Origin: Tubiluchus corallicola
Lineage: Eukaryota; Animalia; Priapulida
Assembly (NCBI GenBank): GCA_030141605.1
Contig: JAQGDQ010000154.1
Location: 248,001 to 312,000 of the forward strand
DNA: 64,000 nt
Reading direction: 5' to 3'
The position numbers and the translations under genes were made by a program. Below are positions 1-13,581 of the stretch, in pieces. Numbering within the stretch: the first letter of the stretch is position 1; each line of letters begins with the position of its first letter. The notes under the pieces are model-generated. The model was not told the DNA's origin. It saw only the letters and a list, made by a program, of their open reading frames with translations, and ran no database searches.

Positions 1-1129
1 TACCAATTATACCTCCCTTTCTTCACGTCTTGAAATATTTCTCCTGATTTTTTACACGTTACTTTAACGTAAAATGACACAAAACGCGACCGCAGTGAGG
101 TTAGAACATAATTTCCGTTTGCCATAAATAGAATCGCCCATCTATCCTGCAAGACATGGCGAAAAATAAAGTTTGGGCAGTTACACGTAGAAAAAAGTGC
201 TCGGCTGCATAAAACTTATACGCACGCCGATCAGCAGTCAAACTGTAGACCATGAGAATATTTTTTACTTAAATATTTAAAGTTTTTTTTTCTCTAAAAC
301 CTCATTTGCACATTCGAAAAAATGCCTCAAAGGTTTTCCCAAGTGTCTAAAAATGTAGAGAGCACTCTTTAATGAGTTAAAAATGTTGTCTGAAAGGCGT
401 TTCTTCTTAGTTTTCCATTTTTTTTACTTTTGAATCTCACATTAAGTCGGACAGTATAACTGGTCTGCACAGGCTCAAAACGTCGGTAAAGCCCAGGGAA
501 CAAAATCTATCATTACTGCCTTATTGTCTAGCTCTTTGCTCGTCAATCATACTTAAGAACCTGTTATTTTTACAATTTTATATGCTGAAAAACGTAAAAA
601 TGATCACTGTTTGTCAGAAGCATTGTCTGAACGAGACATCGGGCAAAAGATAACTTGGCAGTGATACATCTCCAAAATATAGTGCATTCAAGTAAGTGTG
701 GACAACCCTAAGCTTAACACTAAAGTACCAAAATGCGAGTACCCCATCTCTTCATTACAGGTGCATCGCTTGATTTCTCCCACATGTAAATACAGCGAGA
801 GTCACACATGCGCAGTGTCGTTCCTAGGGAAACGGGACGTCATTTCCGCTTTCTTTCCCGATTTTTTGTTTTTCGCAAGACGTCTGTGCGGCGCTAAATT
901 TGAAGTGTTTCAATGCAAACCAAAGCGAAACGCACAAATTAAAAAAAATTAAGCCACTTTTTTGTATCAAGCTAGTCAATAGTGAATTTTGACTGCAAGT
1001 ATCTACCAGGGTGTCAGTGGACGTTTAAACAAGCGAAGGGTAATTAAATGTTGTCTTTGTCCTTTGTCTTTTCTATGACAAAAAATCCTTGAAAGGGAAA
1101 AGAGAGATAGTCCAGTCTAACCTGCACTA

Positions 1130-2400
1130 CCACAAAAAGTTTTTACAACGCAGTGATAAATACGTTGAGTACTTCAGTTCCGAGTTAACTTGTTAAAAAT
1201 TCGTGTGCAAGGGAACAAGTTGTTCACAAGTTTCGAGACCATTAATCTACCAACTTCGAAATACTCACAAAGTAACTCACCAAGTTAGTATTAATGAACA
1301 GGCTTTCAATATTTGCAGCGTTTGATAATAACTGAAGTCCATGTTTTGTTATTAAGAGGCACAAATCTATGCGACAAACATAAGTTGTCATCATTTCAAC
1401 TGTTTCTAAAAATACCAGGATCGAAATATTTCATACAGATTCTTGACATAAAATGACATAAAAACTAATATTATAAAAGTCCACTAAACGATCATTAATT
1501 CAGTTACGAGTTGTAAAGCATTAAGGCGCGTTGAGTGAGTCGAGAGTAACTCGCCGTGACGTTCATACTAGACAATAAATCAACTCTCAGCAACTGTCAG
1601 AGAGTTCCCAATTTCTTGCTGACAGTAACTCGCAAAGTAGTTCAGACTTACGTTTTTTTCTCAGAGAAAAAACTCGCTAGTCTGAAAGCGCCGTTATCAA
1701 GATTATTGGTTCACACTACAATGGAACGACCCCAGTGTAACAGCTTTATATCGAAATTAGTGATTCTTGAATTTGATCGAATATTGATAGACTCAAATCT
1801 ATGCAACAAACATAAGTTGTCATCATTTCTAAAAACACCAGAATCGAAATATTTCATGCAGATCCCAGCATAAAATGATAGTGTCTCATAACCTAAAGCT
1901 GTAAAACTCCACTGAAAGATCATTAATTCAGTTACAAGTTGAAAAGCATCAACAGCGCGTTTAGGCTATCGAATTTTCTCGTCAAGTAACTCGCAAGCCT
2001 ATTCAGACTAGACAGCAAAACTTGCTACGAGTTACTCTCCGACAGTAAGTATAAGCTGACACACTCTTCTCTATTCACTGCGAGAAGTGTCCAGAGTAAC
2101 TCGTCGTGACGTTTACACTAGACATTAAATCAACTCGCAGCAACTGTCAGAGAGTTCCCAATTTCTTGCTGAGAGTAACTCGCAAAGTAGTTCACACTTA
2201 CGAGTGTTTCCTCAGAGAGGTCAGAAGTCTGAACGCGCGTTACCGAGATTATTGGTTCTTACTACAATGGAACGAGCCTAGTGTAACAGAGTATAACAGC
2301 TTTATATCAAAATCAGTGATGGTTGAATTTGAATGAAAAATGCGAAAAGTCGAGACTGGGCCTACATTTGAATCCTGGCCTGCCTGCTCTGCTGAGCCAA
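1130..2400. repeat. Dispersed repeat family A (GAGTAACTCGC-rich), with an internal tandem duplication in this copy
   Basis: Homologous to about 17030-17730 (same intron of ALP2) and, inverted, to about 43340-43890. Segment about 1360-1790 recurs at about 1790-2335. Confidence 0.75.
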
Positions 2401-2987
2401 GAGTAACGTGTCTACCAACTTTATTGCTGTCTTAGTAAAACAAAAGTCGATACCAGGTGTAATATTGCTAATTCAAAGCTTTGAGGCATTTATGTATAGT
2501 GTTGTCTAGCTTTGTTTTAATTAAACAAACGGTGATACTAGGTGTGATAATGCAAAATTTCTGCTCTGAGGAATATATGGGTTTATGTTCTGAAAAGTCA
2601 TGTTATGAAGAATGCAATATATTTCAAGTTTGAGTCAGCTGTTGCCTTTAAATGACCTTTGACCTCGTCGCAGCAGATGACTCAACTCTGACTATTTAAG
2701 AAGCTCACAAATTGCAACATTACCGTGGGACATGATTTTCATCCTTTTATACGTGACTGAATCAGGTGCCAATAAATGAAGTACAATTATGGTCATGGAT
2801 TCTTGCTTTTCTGTTTTAAAATTTGGCCCACAATTGCATCTGTGGTTTGGCCTGGATAATCATGCAATAAAATGTAACAAATTGTACACGTGTGCGGCAC
2901 AGTGTATTGCATTATGAGGCTTTCAAATGTATACTCTATGAACGTACGATTGCTACCAATAAAGAAATATTTTACGTTTGCGCACAG

Positions 2988-5900
2988 AATTCTCAAGGGT
3001 CAAGACCATGGAGGATTTGGAGAAGAAACTCAGCTACTGTGGGAAACATTTCCTTATGCTTCGCTGGCAAAGGTTAGCTTGTAAATACTGCGTACTAAAA
3101 GAAGAAAAAGCATAGTAAAAGCTCAGTATAGATATAGATTTAGATTAAAAAGAGAACTTCACTTATTGCATGCACGTTAAACATGTAGTAGCCTGAGTTG
3201 ACGATAGCTTAACACATGTCTTAACGTTTTGACAAAATCTTTTGATAAAGGTTGTTTAATGTCCATTGAAAAGAACAATTTGTCTATTTCAGGCTATTGT
3301 GATTGAAAACACATTGCAACTTGTTTAGCCAATGTAAATGCCCCAGGTGTTACTGTATTTTAATAAAACGTAATACTATGAATATTATTAATTCATGTCA
3401 CTGTAGTGCTAGTGTACTGCTTTTATTTTGCAAAACTTGCTTTCTTTTCTTTTCTTTTCTTTTCCTTTTCTTTCCTTTCCTTTCCTTTCCTTTCCTTTCC
3501 TTTCCTTTCCTTTCCTTTCCTTTCCTTTCCTTTCCTTTTCTTTTCTTTTCTTTTCTTTTCTTTTCTTACTCTTTTTTCTTTCTTTCTTTTTTCTTTTTCT
3601 TACGTATTTAATATTTCAAAATTAGAGATTTAGCAATGAATTTCATTTGCTATGTATGCTCTAGGAAATATCCATACACTCCTTCACGATGTTTTGTATT
3701 TCTTAGACGTATAATACAGATAAACAAGTAGCTGACTCTGCTGGTACAGCTACTGCTTATCACTGTGGAGTTAAAACAAAGTTTGGAGTAATAGGTGTGA
3801 ACGATACAGCAGATAGATATGACTGTGAGTCAGGATTAAAAGCAGAAATAGACTGCATGGGTGACTGGGTGCAGGCTGCAGGTAAGTTGGATACCTGTTC
3901 ATTGTTCTCTTGGGTAAGGCCAATTTCACAAAGAGGCTGAAAGGGAAATATGATGCACGGAAATGTTGTTAGAAAGTCAGAAAACTTTCAGAAAATTTTC
4001 AATATTTTCTCGACAATGGATGCAGCATAAAAATCACTTTCCACAGAAATCATGCGGTTTTTACAAGCGTGCAGCTTCAATATTCAATGCCTTTATAAGA
4101 TGCAATTCTTATAAATTGTAATTAATAGGATTCTTCAATAGTATGTACTTTTAAAGTATCTTCTATCCACGTCACATTTTTGGACTATATTTATAATTTC
4201 AATGGTATGGATGCATAGGTAGAAGGCATCACAGGAAAATTCCTCACGAGGCATCAGTGTCAAATGCACCATAAAAAAGCAATGTGTTTAATTTTCTCAT
4301 AAGAATCCCATAAGAAATTTTCTATCGAAGAATTTTGCTGTGCGTTCTCACTATAATAGGCTTAAGTAATCATTAAAAATTTATTGTACTCAATAAATAA
4401 GTACTTTCTAAGAAAGATACTAAGTGGAAACCAAGCTTCAGCAATGTTCTTACGTAAAATATGTTAATTACAGGTAAGTCCTCGGGTTTCGTAACAACCG
4501 CAAGAGTTACGCATGCGTCACCTGCTCCTCTCTACGCTCATGCAGCTGACAGAGACTGGGAGTATGATACGTCTAAAATGCCAGAACCTTGCAAAGACAT
4601 TGCCGCTCAACTTGTTGAAGACGAACCGGGAAAAAACTTTAATGTAAAAGTTATAATGCTGTAAAACTCTTAACTATAATATATAATATAATAGTAAAAA
4701 TGCTTCTCATCTATTTTGCGAGACTAGTATTAATAAGACAAAGAAGAGAAACATAATCATTGTGTTATGAAGCTGAGTGCAAAAGGTATCAGACAGAAAA
4801 GCACTTATCTGTATATTAAACACGTGTTGTAAAATAGATTAATAATGGACTGTGAGGTTAGGACTTTACTAAAAAATAACAATAACTTCATTAAAAAAGA
4901 AAGCAATTAATTCTTTAAAACATTAGACAATTTTACTCCACATTAAACCGCAATTTTATTAGTTTTGATGTCTATACAATATCTACTCAGAGATAAATAT
5001 ATAAGGTTAACAGTCTTGGGCAAGATAGGCAATCGCCCGCCATTGCTTGCACTTAATCCTACATTCATAACTCTGAGTAATTTGTATAATAAACTTCTTC
5101 TGTATATACAAAAATTGTGCCATTGCCTTAAACAACCCCATTTTCCATCTTTTACTACCGCTTACTATTATAATATGATTTATGATGTTGTAAAAGTCTT
5201 GAACAGATCACACGTTTCCTCTTCTAAAATGTAGAGCTTAAAACAAAATGGAAAAGACAGAAAAGGAGAAGAAAAGTCAACACGTTTCCTCTTCTAAAAT
5301 GTAGAGCTTAAAACAAAATGGAAAAGACAGAAAAGGAGAAGAAAAGTCAAGCAATTTCTCGAACACTGAAAAACTACATTAAAAGTATTAAACGTAATAT
5401 TAATGCCTCTATATCACCATTTTTTCTGTAAGCGCAGATTTCAAGCACAAAATGGAATGTTGCTTTAAGCGTGACTTGGACATTTACAGGTAATTCTAGG
5501 AGGTGGAAGAAGAAATTTCATGCCTAAAGGCGAGCCTGATCCAGAGGAACCAGAGAAAGAGGGACGTCGAAATGATAACAGGTGGGTCTTACGAGAACCA
5601 TTCCTGAATTTATAAATCGAACCAAGCTGCTCAAAAACACACAACAGATTTGTCATTCTCTCATGAACGGTAAAGCCAATGATAAGTTACTCAAAAACTT
5701 CATTCTAGTGAAATTATTGGTTCTGATGCTATGAACATTATTGTCGAGAACTAGGCTTCTCGAGTAAAAATGTTTATTCATGGTTGCAAGTGTGAAAGTC
5801 ATGTTTGAGGTTGTAGATGAATCACTTTGTAGAAAAAGAATAAACAACTATACTACATATTTGCACAAAACTGAAAAGCGTTTATTAGACTACATACACA

Positions 5901-8900
5901 TATGTAGAATGACTGCTACACTGAACACTGAACACTGAAAACAAGAGTGTCCTGCACTGAACACTGAGAGTTAGACAGCGAGTAACAAGAGCATCACGAC
6001 TGCTGCACTGCACTGAGAGTGTGAGTTAGAGCTGTTAGACAGTGACTAGAAAGTAAATCCAGTCAGTATATATGGGTATAGGTGATTATGCAAACTTGGC
6101 TTCACAAAAACCATTACTGTAAAATAGGGAGAGATCCAGTGAATATGCATTCACTGGACCGTACAATTATACTAGGGGTGAGTTTAGCTAGTAAAATGTA
6201 AAAGGATTAGTTCATAGATGGCAGCACCTAAAAATATACAATTATAATTTCCACAGCAAGTATCTTTCCTAAATCTCTGTTTTCATAGTATACATTTAAC
6301 TCTATATAAACTAATTTTGTACTCAGTTACCCGTGTAATCACTTGCATGTAGGCTTCCTTCTTAGAAGGTGTATATAGTTGTAATCTTGCTACTTCTTTG
6401 TATTAAGCTTGGAGTGACATAACACTGCGTAATGACACTCCAATTCCTCCTTATCGAGGATAATCCGTAGCCAGTTATCTGGATGTAGACGTTATATTTG
6501 TATTTTGTAGTGTGTAAATCGTTTTCATTCATGCTCATTTCGATGTAGTCATTAATGTAACGTAGCCAATGTCTCCTACATAGCAATTTTGCTCTATTTT
6601 TCTTTCTGTTTAAACGTAGCGTTTAACTTTATTTAATCGCATTGTCATTATCATGTAATCGTTCTAATCTTCGTATATGATATTGTTTGTAACGTTTGTG
6701 TATCTTTTAAAGACACAAACTGTTTATATTTTAGTACAAATAAATACCAAACAAAAGGTTTTAACAGTTATAATTTCTTAAATACTAATGACGTGAAATC
6801 AATCGAAACTGAAATCGAAACCAATCAATAAACAAATTATTATTTCATAAACAAATTACACTGAGAAATTTTGTTTCAGATACCTGATAAATGAGTGGAT
6901 CGAACAAAAGACTCGGGAAAATTTGAAACACGCTTACGTTAAGAATGTTGAAGAGTTTGACCAAGTAAACGCAGAGGAAGTTGATTATCTCTTAGGTCAG
7001 TGAAGCTTAAAGCACAACAAAACCCTTCATAAACATAAAGCTTAAAAAATTCGTTTTGAAATTTTATATCACTTACTTACTGCCTTTTTGCGTGCAGGAC
7101 TTCAATCGGCAGTCACGCTGTATAAAACATGTAAATTTAAACTCCCGCGATGACCGTTAGACGCAGCCATTTTCACGACAGGTCATTTGAAACAAGTTTA
7201 GATAACATTTTGTAAAGTTTGAAACAATAATCAGAGCATTCGTAGCGCAAAAGTCACTAACTAAATAAAATTTAAGATTATTGTATCTTGTCATACGTTA
7301 AAAATACGTTTTTTGGTTAGTGAGTGGTGTACCCTGGAGGGTGAGTCAGCGACATTTTACCAATTGGTGAAAACATTTAAATAATTAATAATTTTCTCTT
7401 CTAGTTACATAAGTCTTTCTAGCAGGTAAGCGAAACTCTAAGTAATATAGATTTGCACGGAAAGTCTTTTGAGACATAATTTAACATTGCCTTTTCTTCC
7501 CCTGATTTATGTTTGCGTAGTGACGTCATGTAATGGAGACTTCGGAACACTATTGCGGGAGATTTAAAATGAAAAAAACTAAAATTCCTTTCATTGCGAG
7601 TAAGATATACGCATAAAATTGCTATAAAGAAATATAGAAATAGAAGAAATATTATTGTGTGTATGTCTTTAAAGTGAGCAAAATTCACCTAGCTAGAATT
7701 TACAGGAAGCTAGTCAGCGAAAAAAAGGACCGGAAACTTGAAAAATCACAAATTACCTAGGCAGCGGCGGTTTCCCGTCTGCGCATTGCTGCGTGATAGA
7801 CGATAGTGAATCCGGGAACACGTTTCACGCATGCATTACACACACACACACACACACGCACACACACGCACGCACGCACGCACGCACGCACTCACACACA
7901 CACACACACATTTATTCTTACGCTTCCAACGCTACATTCTGCCCTAAATTTAGTTCTTATTTCAGCTTGTTTCCTGTACGACACCTGTTCTTACCGTTTA
8001 CGATCTATCATTTAATTTTTTCAGGTTTATTTGACTCATCTCATATGCCTTACTTAGTCGATCAATCACCGGAAGAAGCTGGTGATCCAACTTTACCCGC
8101 AATGGTGGAAAAAGCTATTCAAATCTTAAGCAAAAACGAAAAAGGATATTATCTATTCGTCGAAAGTAAGAGTTATGTTACAAATGCATCTTATTGTTAC
8201 AGATTTTTGTGTTATAAGAAAATAGTCTAGTTTTTACAAGTAAATAATAACTATATTTGAACAATTCGCACGTTTTTATATTTATCTTGCTTATTAGTTA
8301 CAATGTTACTGAGTGATTTTTGCAGTGCGTTTTTACAAAGAGAGCAAAAAGATCTTATGTGGTCTGCACCTCGGTTACTTAATTAGTAAATAAGACCTGC
8401 GTTGTTTTCTAAAAATCATAGAACTGGAAGAATAAGCGGTTTCCATTATAGATGAACCATTATACGAAAGTAAGGGTTATTGTACAAACGCATCTTGAAC
8501 TTTTAGATTTTCGAATTATGACAAAAACAGTTTATTTTTACACTTAAATAATAATTTCAATTAAATAGTTTGAAAAATATAAATTTGCCCGCATCTATAT
8601 CTTTTCTTTCTTCACTAAGATGAGCAAATACTTTACATAGAGGGCAAAATGGCCTTATGTCTCCGTTATTCCGCTTATTTATAAAAAAGACCTGTGCTGC
8701 TTTCAGTAAAGGAAAGCTGTTTTAAATAATGATTTTGATTAAACTGGTGATTAAATAATTAAATTAATAATTCAAGATTAAATGCTCGACAATGTAAGAT
8801 TAAACTATCGTCGTGGATAGAAGCCTAGTTAGGTGTGGCATCACCTGACCAGCTGATGTTCGACCGGCTGACTCAGAAGCAAAGATTGATGATGTGATTC

Positions 8901-11463
8901 TTATAAGGTCCGCACCTCGAGGGAGATTAGGAACTGACTTGAAGACGGAGGGCTGGCATTACTATCCTCTTATATTTACCGTGTTGTGTTTGTTGTTTAA
9001 TAAATGTGTAGTTTATTAAATAAAGTCTTGATAGTTTGCCAAGCCCATCGTGGCTACCTCACTCGCCACACAATAAACAACTATAATCAGCAAGCAGCAT
9101 TAACCACAAGAATAAATAGACTTCAACGCAACCAATTATTTTACTCTTTCTAAGCTGAAAAACCATAGAACTAGAAGAACAAACGGAAACATTGTAGGTG
9201 AACAGAAATCATAGTAGTAGTATTTTATTCACAGTGATAACATTATAGTCCATCAACAACATTAGAAAAATTGTCACCGAGTTAGAAAAAAATAAATGTT
9301 AACAGCAAATTTCAACACAGCGAGTTAATCATAAATTTTTCAAATTACTAACAAGAATTTACCACAAAGTTCAGGCTCTAAATCAAATAGCTCTTGCACT
9401 CTGTTTAAATACGCAGCATACATTTCTCTAATTGCCTCAGATAATGTACAATGTATAATAACATGCGACTCGTCTTGAACAGAGATATATCACACCTGCA
9501 TGCCCTGTTATCACGAGAAATGAGTGGCCTAGGCTGGCCCAATCTCATCCTCAGATGATGAGACGGCAGCATAAACCTATTAAAACTTATTGGTAGAGAA
9601 TCCGGGATATCAGACGCATAAATCGCACTTTGTTTTAATGCGGGGTTGTGGGTTACATAGCAAGAATACCGACTTTTGTTTACACTTTTAGTCTGAATAT
9701 TATGTAAAATGTTGGCAGGAATGTAATCATAACACTTACGAAAGGATTTAAATGCACGAGAGTGACGACATACAAACTAACAGAAAAAATACATTTTAGT
9801 GCAAATTCTTGAAACAAGTTATACAGTGATTATGTAATCAGAGGACTGTTGTTAGTTATAATTAACTAATATAGTGATTTGGTAATCAGAGGACTGTGGT
9901 TAGTTATAGGTAACTAATATAGTGATTATGTAATCAGAGGACTGTGGTTAGTTATAGTTAACTAATATAGTGATTATATAATCAGAGGACTGTGGTTAGT
10001 TATTGTTAACTAATATGGTGATTATGTAATCAGAGGAGTGTGGTTAGTTATAGTTAACACATAGTTAGTAATAAATCAGAAACCCTACTGTACTCGTAGA
10101 TAATTCAAAAAGTAATTCACGGTTTGCTAATTTATGCCACGTTAATTAATGACGATAGTTGAATTCAGATGCCAAGAATTTTGCTCAGCCATCAGCCACT
10201 TGTGCTTAAAAACTCTGAACACGAGCTTCTGGGAGTTTTAAACCACGCGAGAACTTGACTCAAAAGCATCCAGTTCGTATATTTTCAACAATTCGTACCT
10301 AAAAATTCTTCGTCTGAACGAAAGGAGTCATTGTTGCACTAATAAGAGTTTGCACATGCGCAACCGTGCAAGGAGGCAACTTGTCTTGCTTGGTGGTAAT
10401 GGCAAAATGTAAAAACTAATTAATCAAATGCATAATCATGTAGTATAAATCGTGTATTGTGAACAAAGTTTTAATTTTGGTTGTTGCTGAAATAAATTCT
10501 CACTTCCTCATCGCCTGAACGCTGCTTATGATGTAAGAGGTAGTTGATTTTTAAATTTTTCCAACTTGTGATATTACTCTGAATGTTACTAGGTTCTAAT
10601 ATTGATAAAACGCATCATGATAATCGAGCTCACGCTTCTGCAAGAGAAACAGCTAATTTTGAGGATGCAGTAAAGGTTGCATATGATTCGACCAGCGAAG
10701 ACGATACTTTGATTATTGTTACAGCTGATCACAGTCATGCGGTAACCTTTGCAGGATATCCACCAAGAGGAAATCCTTTGTTTGGTATGTTGCAGACAGC
10801 TTAACAGTGGAATACTGAACTGTATATATGTATATATAGTATAGTATAGTATAGTATAGTATAGTATAGTATAGTATAGTATAGTATAGTATAGTATAGT
10901 ATAGTATAGTATAGTATAGTATAGTATAGTATAGTATAGTATAGTATAGTATAGTATAGTATAGTATAGTATAGTATAGTATAGCATAGCATAGCATAGC
11001 ATAGCATAGCATAGCATAGCATAGCATAGTATAGCATAGCATAGCATAGCATAGCATAGCAGAGCAGAGCAGAGCATAGTATAGTAGAGTATGATACGGT
11101 ACGGTACGGTACGGTAGCATAGCATAGCATAGCATAGCAGAGCAGAGCATAGTATAGTAGAGAATGATACGGTACGGTAGGGTAGGGTAGGGTAGGGTAG
11201 GGTAGGGTAGGTAGGGTAGGTAGGGTAGGGTAGGGTAGGGTATGGTATGGTATGGTATGGTATGGTATGGTATGGTATGGTATGGTATGGTATGGTATGG
11301 TATGGTATAGTATAGTATAGTATAGTATAGTATAGTATAGTATAGTATAGTATAGTATAGTATAGTATAGTATAGTATAGTATAGTATAGTATATATATA
11401 TATATATACAAATTATACACATGTCATTTTTGACTAGATGTGAACAATGAAAATGTCCGATAA

Positions 11464-11539
<76 letters not shown>

Positions 11540-13139
11540 CTCTTTATATTACGTATGTTGTTCGTGTTGGAATCGGGATTCAGTGTAGCATTAGTAATTG
11601 CTTTAGTTCGAAAAACGAATTTTAGTAAATGCATTCTCAATTCGTCAGACGTTGAGTTAACTGTGCTTGTATTCATTGTGACTTACGTTGGCTATTGATG
11701 GTTATTTGTCTGTTTGCTCATTAATTCATCCATTTCTTTGTGATTCATTTGCTCGTTCATTTATCATAAATTTTCCATGTCACTTCCTCATTTAATTATA
11801 CTCATTGACACTATATTAGTTAGCACTTTTGCTAAATGAATATGAAAATATTAAAAAGTCAGCACTACTAGTGCCATCTATCTTACATTTTAGAGAAAGT
11901 TGGCAAAGATGCAGACGATGACATGCCGTACACAGCAATACTCTATGGGAATGGACCTGGTTATGATGAAAAAGTATTTCAAAACACTGGAGCTCGACCT
12001 AATATCACCGATGTTGATACTAGTAAGATGATTATTTTAAAGAGATTTAGCAACATTTAGAAATTGAGTTTTACCTATTTGATTACTCAGAACGTCAACA
12101 TTTGGTTCATAGGACCTTAGCCTAAAAAAGAGAATATTTATGCTGCTTTTGTGATTAAACACAACTCGGTGTTCAAGGCACGTAGCACAAAGATCGCAGC
12201 CCATGGTTAGTGGTGTTTTGACATATTCCTTTACGTAACTGACTTGTAGAACTTTGACTTCTAACGTTAAAAATTGGCAAGTGAAGAAAAGCAGATTAAG
12301 AAAGATATGAAAAAATAACGCAGCCATTAAAATGTTAAAAAAATAAGTTTACTTCTACTTGTGATAACTTTACGTGTAGCGAATTCATCGTTTGTTGTTA
12401 ACGGGAACTTATTATTGAAGTTTCATTTCATCACGTTTGTAATAAATAGTACGTAAATCTGTTTATAACATTAATTTATCCAATAAAATTTAACATCAAA
12501 CTGCTTACAGTAAATGTTCTTACGAGTAGGTATGCAAACTAATAATTCAAAAACCACTTTTGAAGTAGAGCATACACTCAGTTTCACAAATTAGGCTGTG
12601 TTTTAAAAAAAACTTTTGATTAAGTTCGTCAAGAATTATGAATTCAAGTTTTACGTCGAAAGATAAGATAAGACAAAGATAGATAAGGAAAGGTAAAATT
12701 TATTTGATGTCGATTATCTATTTAAAATAACATGAGCAGTTAAAGCTGCTTTTTTATAGAAAGTTAGAACTAAATTAAATCGTAGTTATTTAATCATAAA
12801 CAACAAAAATTCATTAGTGTTGAACATTTCTTAGAAATTCATAATATGCATTGACTGACTTATGTTTTTAATATTTTTATAGCTGATCCTGAATACCTAC
12901 AACAAGCAGCAGTGCCTCGATATTCAGAGACTCACGGAGGTGAAGATGTACCAGTCTACGCCCGAGGACCAATGGCACATTTATTTAGTGGAAATTATGA
13001 GCAACATTACATTGCGCATGCTCTGGCTTATGCTTCTTGCGTGGATGTAAACGCACCTCATTGTTCTAAGCCCCTCGTTGGTGACTGTGCTGCCCTTTCT
13101 CAGGGTTCAACGGCATCGAAATCAAATAATCGTCGTTAG
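2988..13139 (+). CDS. Alkaline phosphatase paralog 1 (5'-partial, exons 4-12); predicted to lack the GPI-anchor tail
   Basis: GT-AG exons in continuous frame: 2988-3072, 3707-3881, 4474-4643, 5490-5581, 6880-6995, 8025-8165, 10593-10784, 11894-12022, 12883-13139. Motifs: [10 protein letters not shown] (catalytic Ser), [47 protein letters not shown]. Exons 1-3 lie upstream of the window; ~1030-2987 aligns with intron 3 of copy 2. Confidence 0.95.
3443..3600. repeat. (TTTCC)n/(TTTTC)n pyrimidine microsatellite
   Basis: Direct reading; the equivalent site in ALP2 (about 20295-20325) is only a short T-rich tract. Confidence 0.95.
5210..5350. repeat. Perfect 70-bp tandem duplication
   Basis: CACGTTTCCTCTTCTAAAATG...GAAAAGTCAA at 5211 and 5281. 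Confidence 0.95.
7007..7630. repeat. Dispersed repeat family B (likely non-autonomous DNA transposon)
   Basis: Homologous to about 36773-37390 (ALP3 intron 6) and more weakly to about 50020-50470; begins TTAAAG; shared core GTGAGTGG..CCCTGGAGGGTGAG and TTTGCGTAGTGACGTCATGTAATGG. Confidence 0.7.
8793..9072 (+). mobile_element. Solo-LTR-like fragment, related to an inverted copy at about 29164-29617
   Basis: TG...CA ends with internal TATAA and AATAAA; shared blocks GGGC(T)TGGCATT.CTATC and AAGTCTT..TAG..TTGCCA with the reverse complement of 29170-29350. No clean TSD seen. Confidence 0.35.
9825..10058. repeat. Minisatellite, 48-bp unit x about 5
   Basis: GTGATTATGTAATCAGAGGACTGTGGTTAGTTATAGTTAACTAATATA starting at 9826, 9874, 9922, 9970, 10018. 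Confidence 0.95.
10836..11408. repeat. Compound pentanucleotide microsatellite (TATAG)-(CATAG)-(GGGTA)-(TATGG)-(TATAG)
   Basis: Direct reading; source of the [15 protein letters not shown] pseudo-ORFs. Confidence 0.97.
11468..11536. repeat. (GA)n microsatellite (counterpart at 26745-26797)
   Basis: Direct reading. Confidence 0.97.
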
Positions 13140-13581
13140 AATTGCAGTATTGTGTTTTGTCTCGACGATTTTAGAGTTAGGCCTGTTATTTAATTAATGT
13201 GTGTGGTAGTAGCTATTAAATTACAAAATAAGACGATACTAAGGATATCATGTTTAAAGATGTAAATTTTTCTTGATTTGTGAAATACTCAAATGTTGAT
13301 GACGAATTATAGAGATCTGATGAGTTTTAAAAAACATAATCACCCGATTTTAATGGAATCTTTAGTGTTAGAAATATACAGGCCGTCGCGTAATGTGTAT
13401 GCAAGATTTCTGTAATGTAAAGTGTGTCAATGGCACATAAAGAGCAAGAATAGTCAAAAAGACCTAAGGTTAAAGATACTGTGTAGTTTGGTGCAGAATA
13501 CGACGATCTCTGACTATGTTAGAACCACGATGCTGTGATTTTTTTTAGCGAAAAGCATTTTCTTATTTTGTTACGTGGATG

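Noticed and set aside
1556-2336. Repeated similar ORFs (MTFILDNKSTLSNCQRVPNFLL...; also 17058-17339, 43337-44079, 47132-47314, 49311-49574)
   Set aside because: The similarity comes from dispersed non-coding repeats; frames and stops are not conserved between copies.
10589-11422. Long ORFs of YYTIL/CYAML repeats (also poly-L/C/V at 14106-14544, MYVC/HTYI at 16511-16954, 19245-19567, 35169-35676, 57254-57718, 63445-63708)
   Set aside because: Stop-free translations of microsatellites, not genes.
12037-12327. Antisense ORF shared between ALP1 and ALP2 intron 11 (27330-27593)
   Set aside because: Explained by near-identity of the intron; stop positions differ and no protein features are evident.
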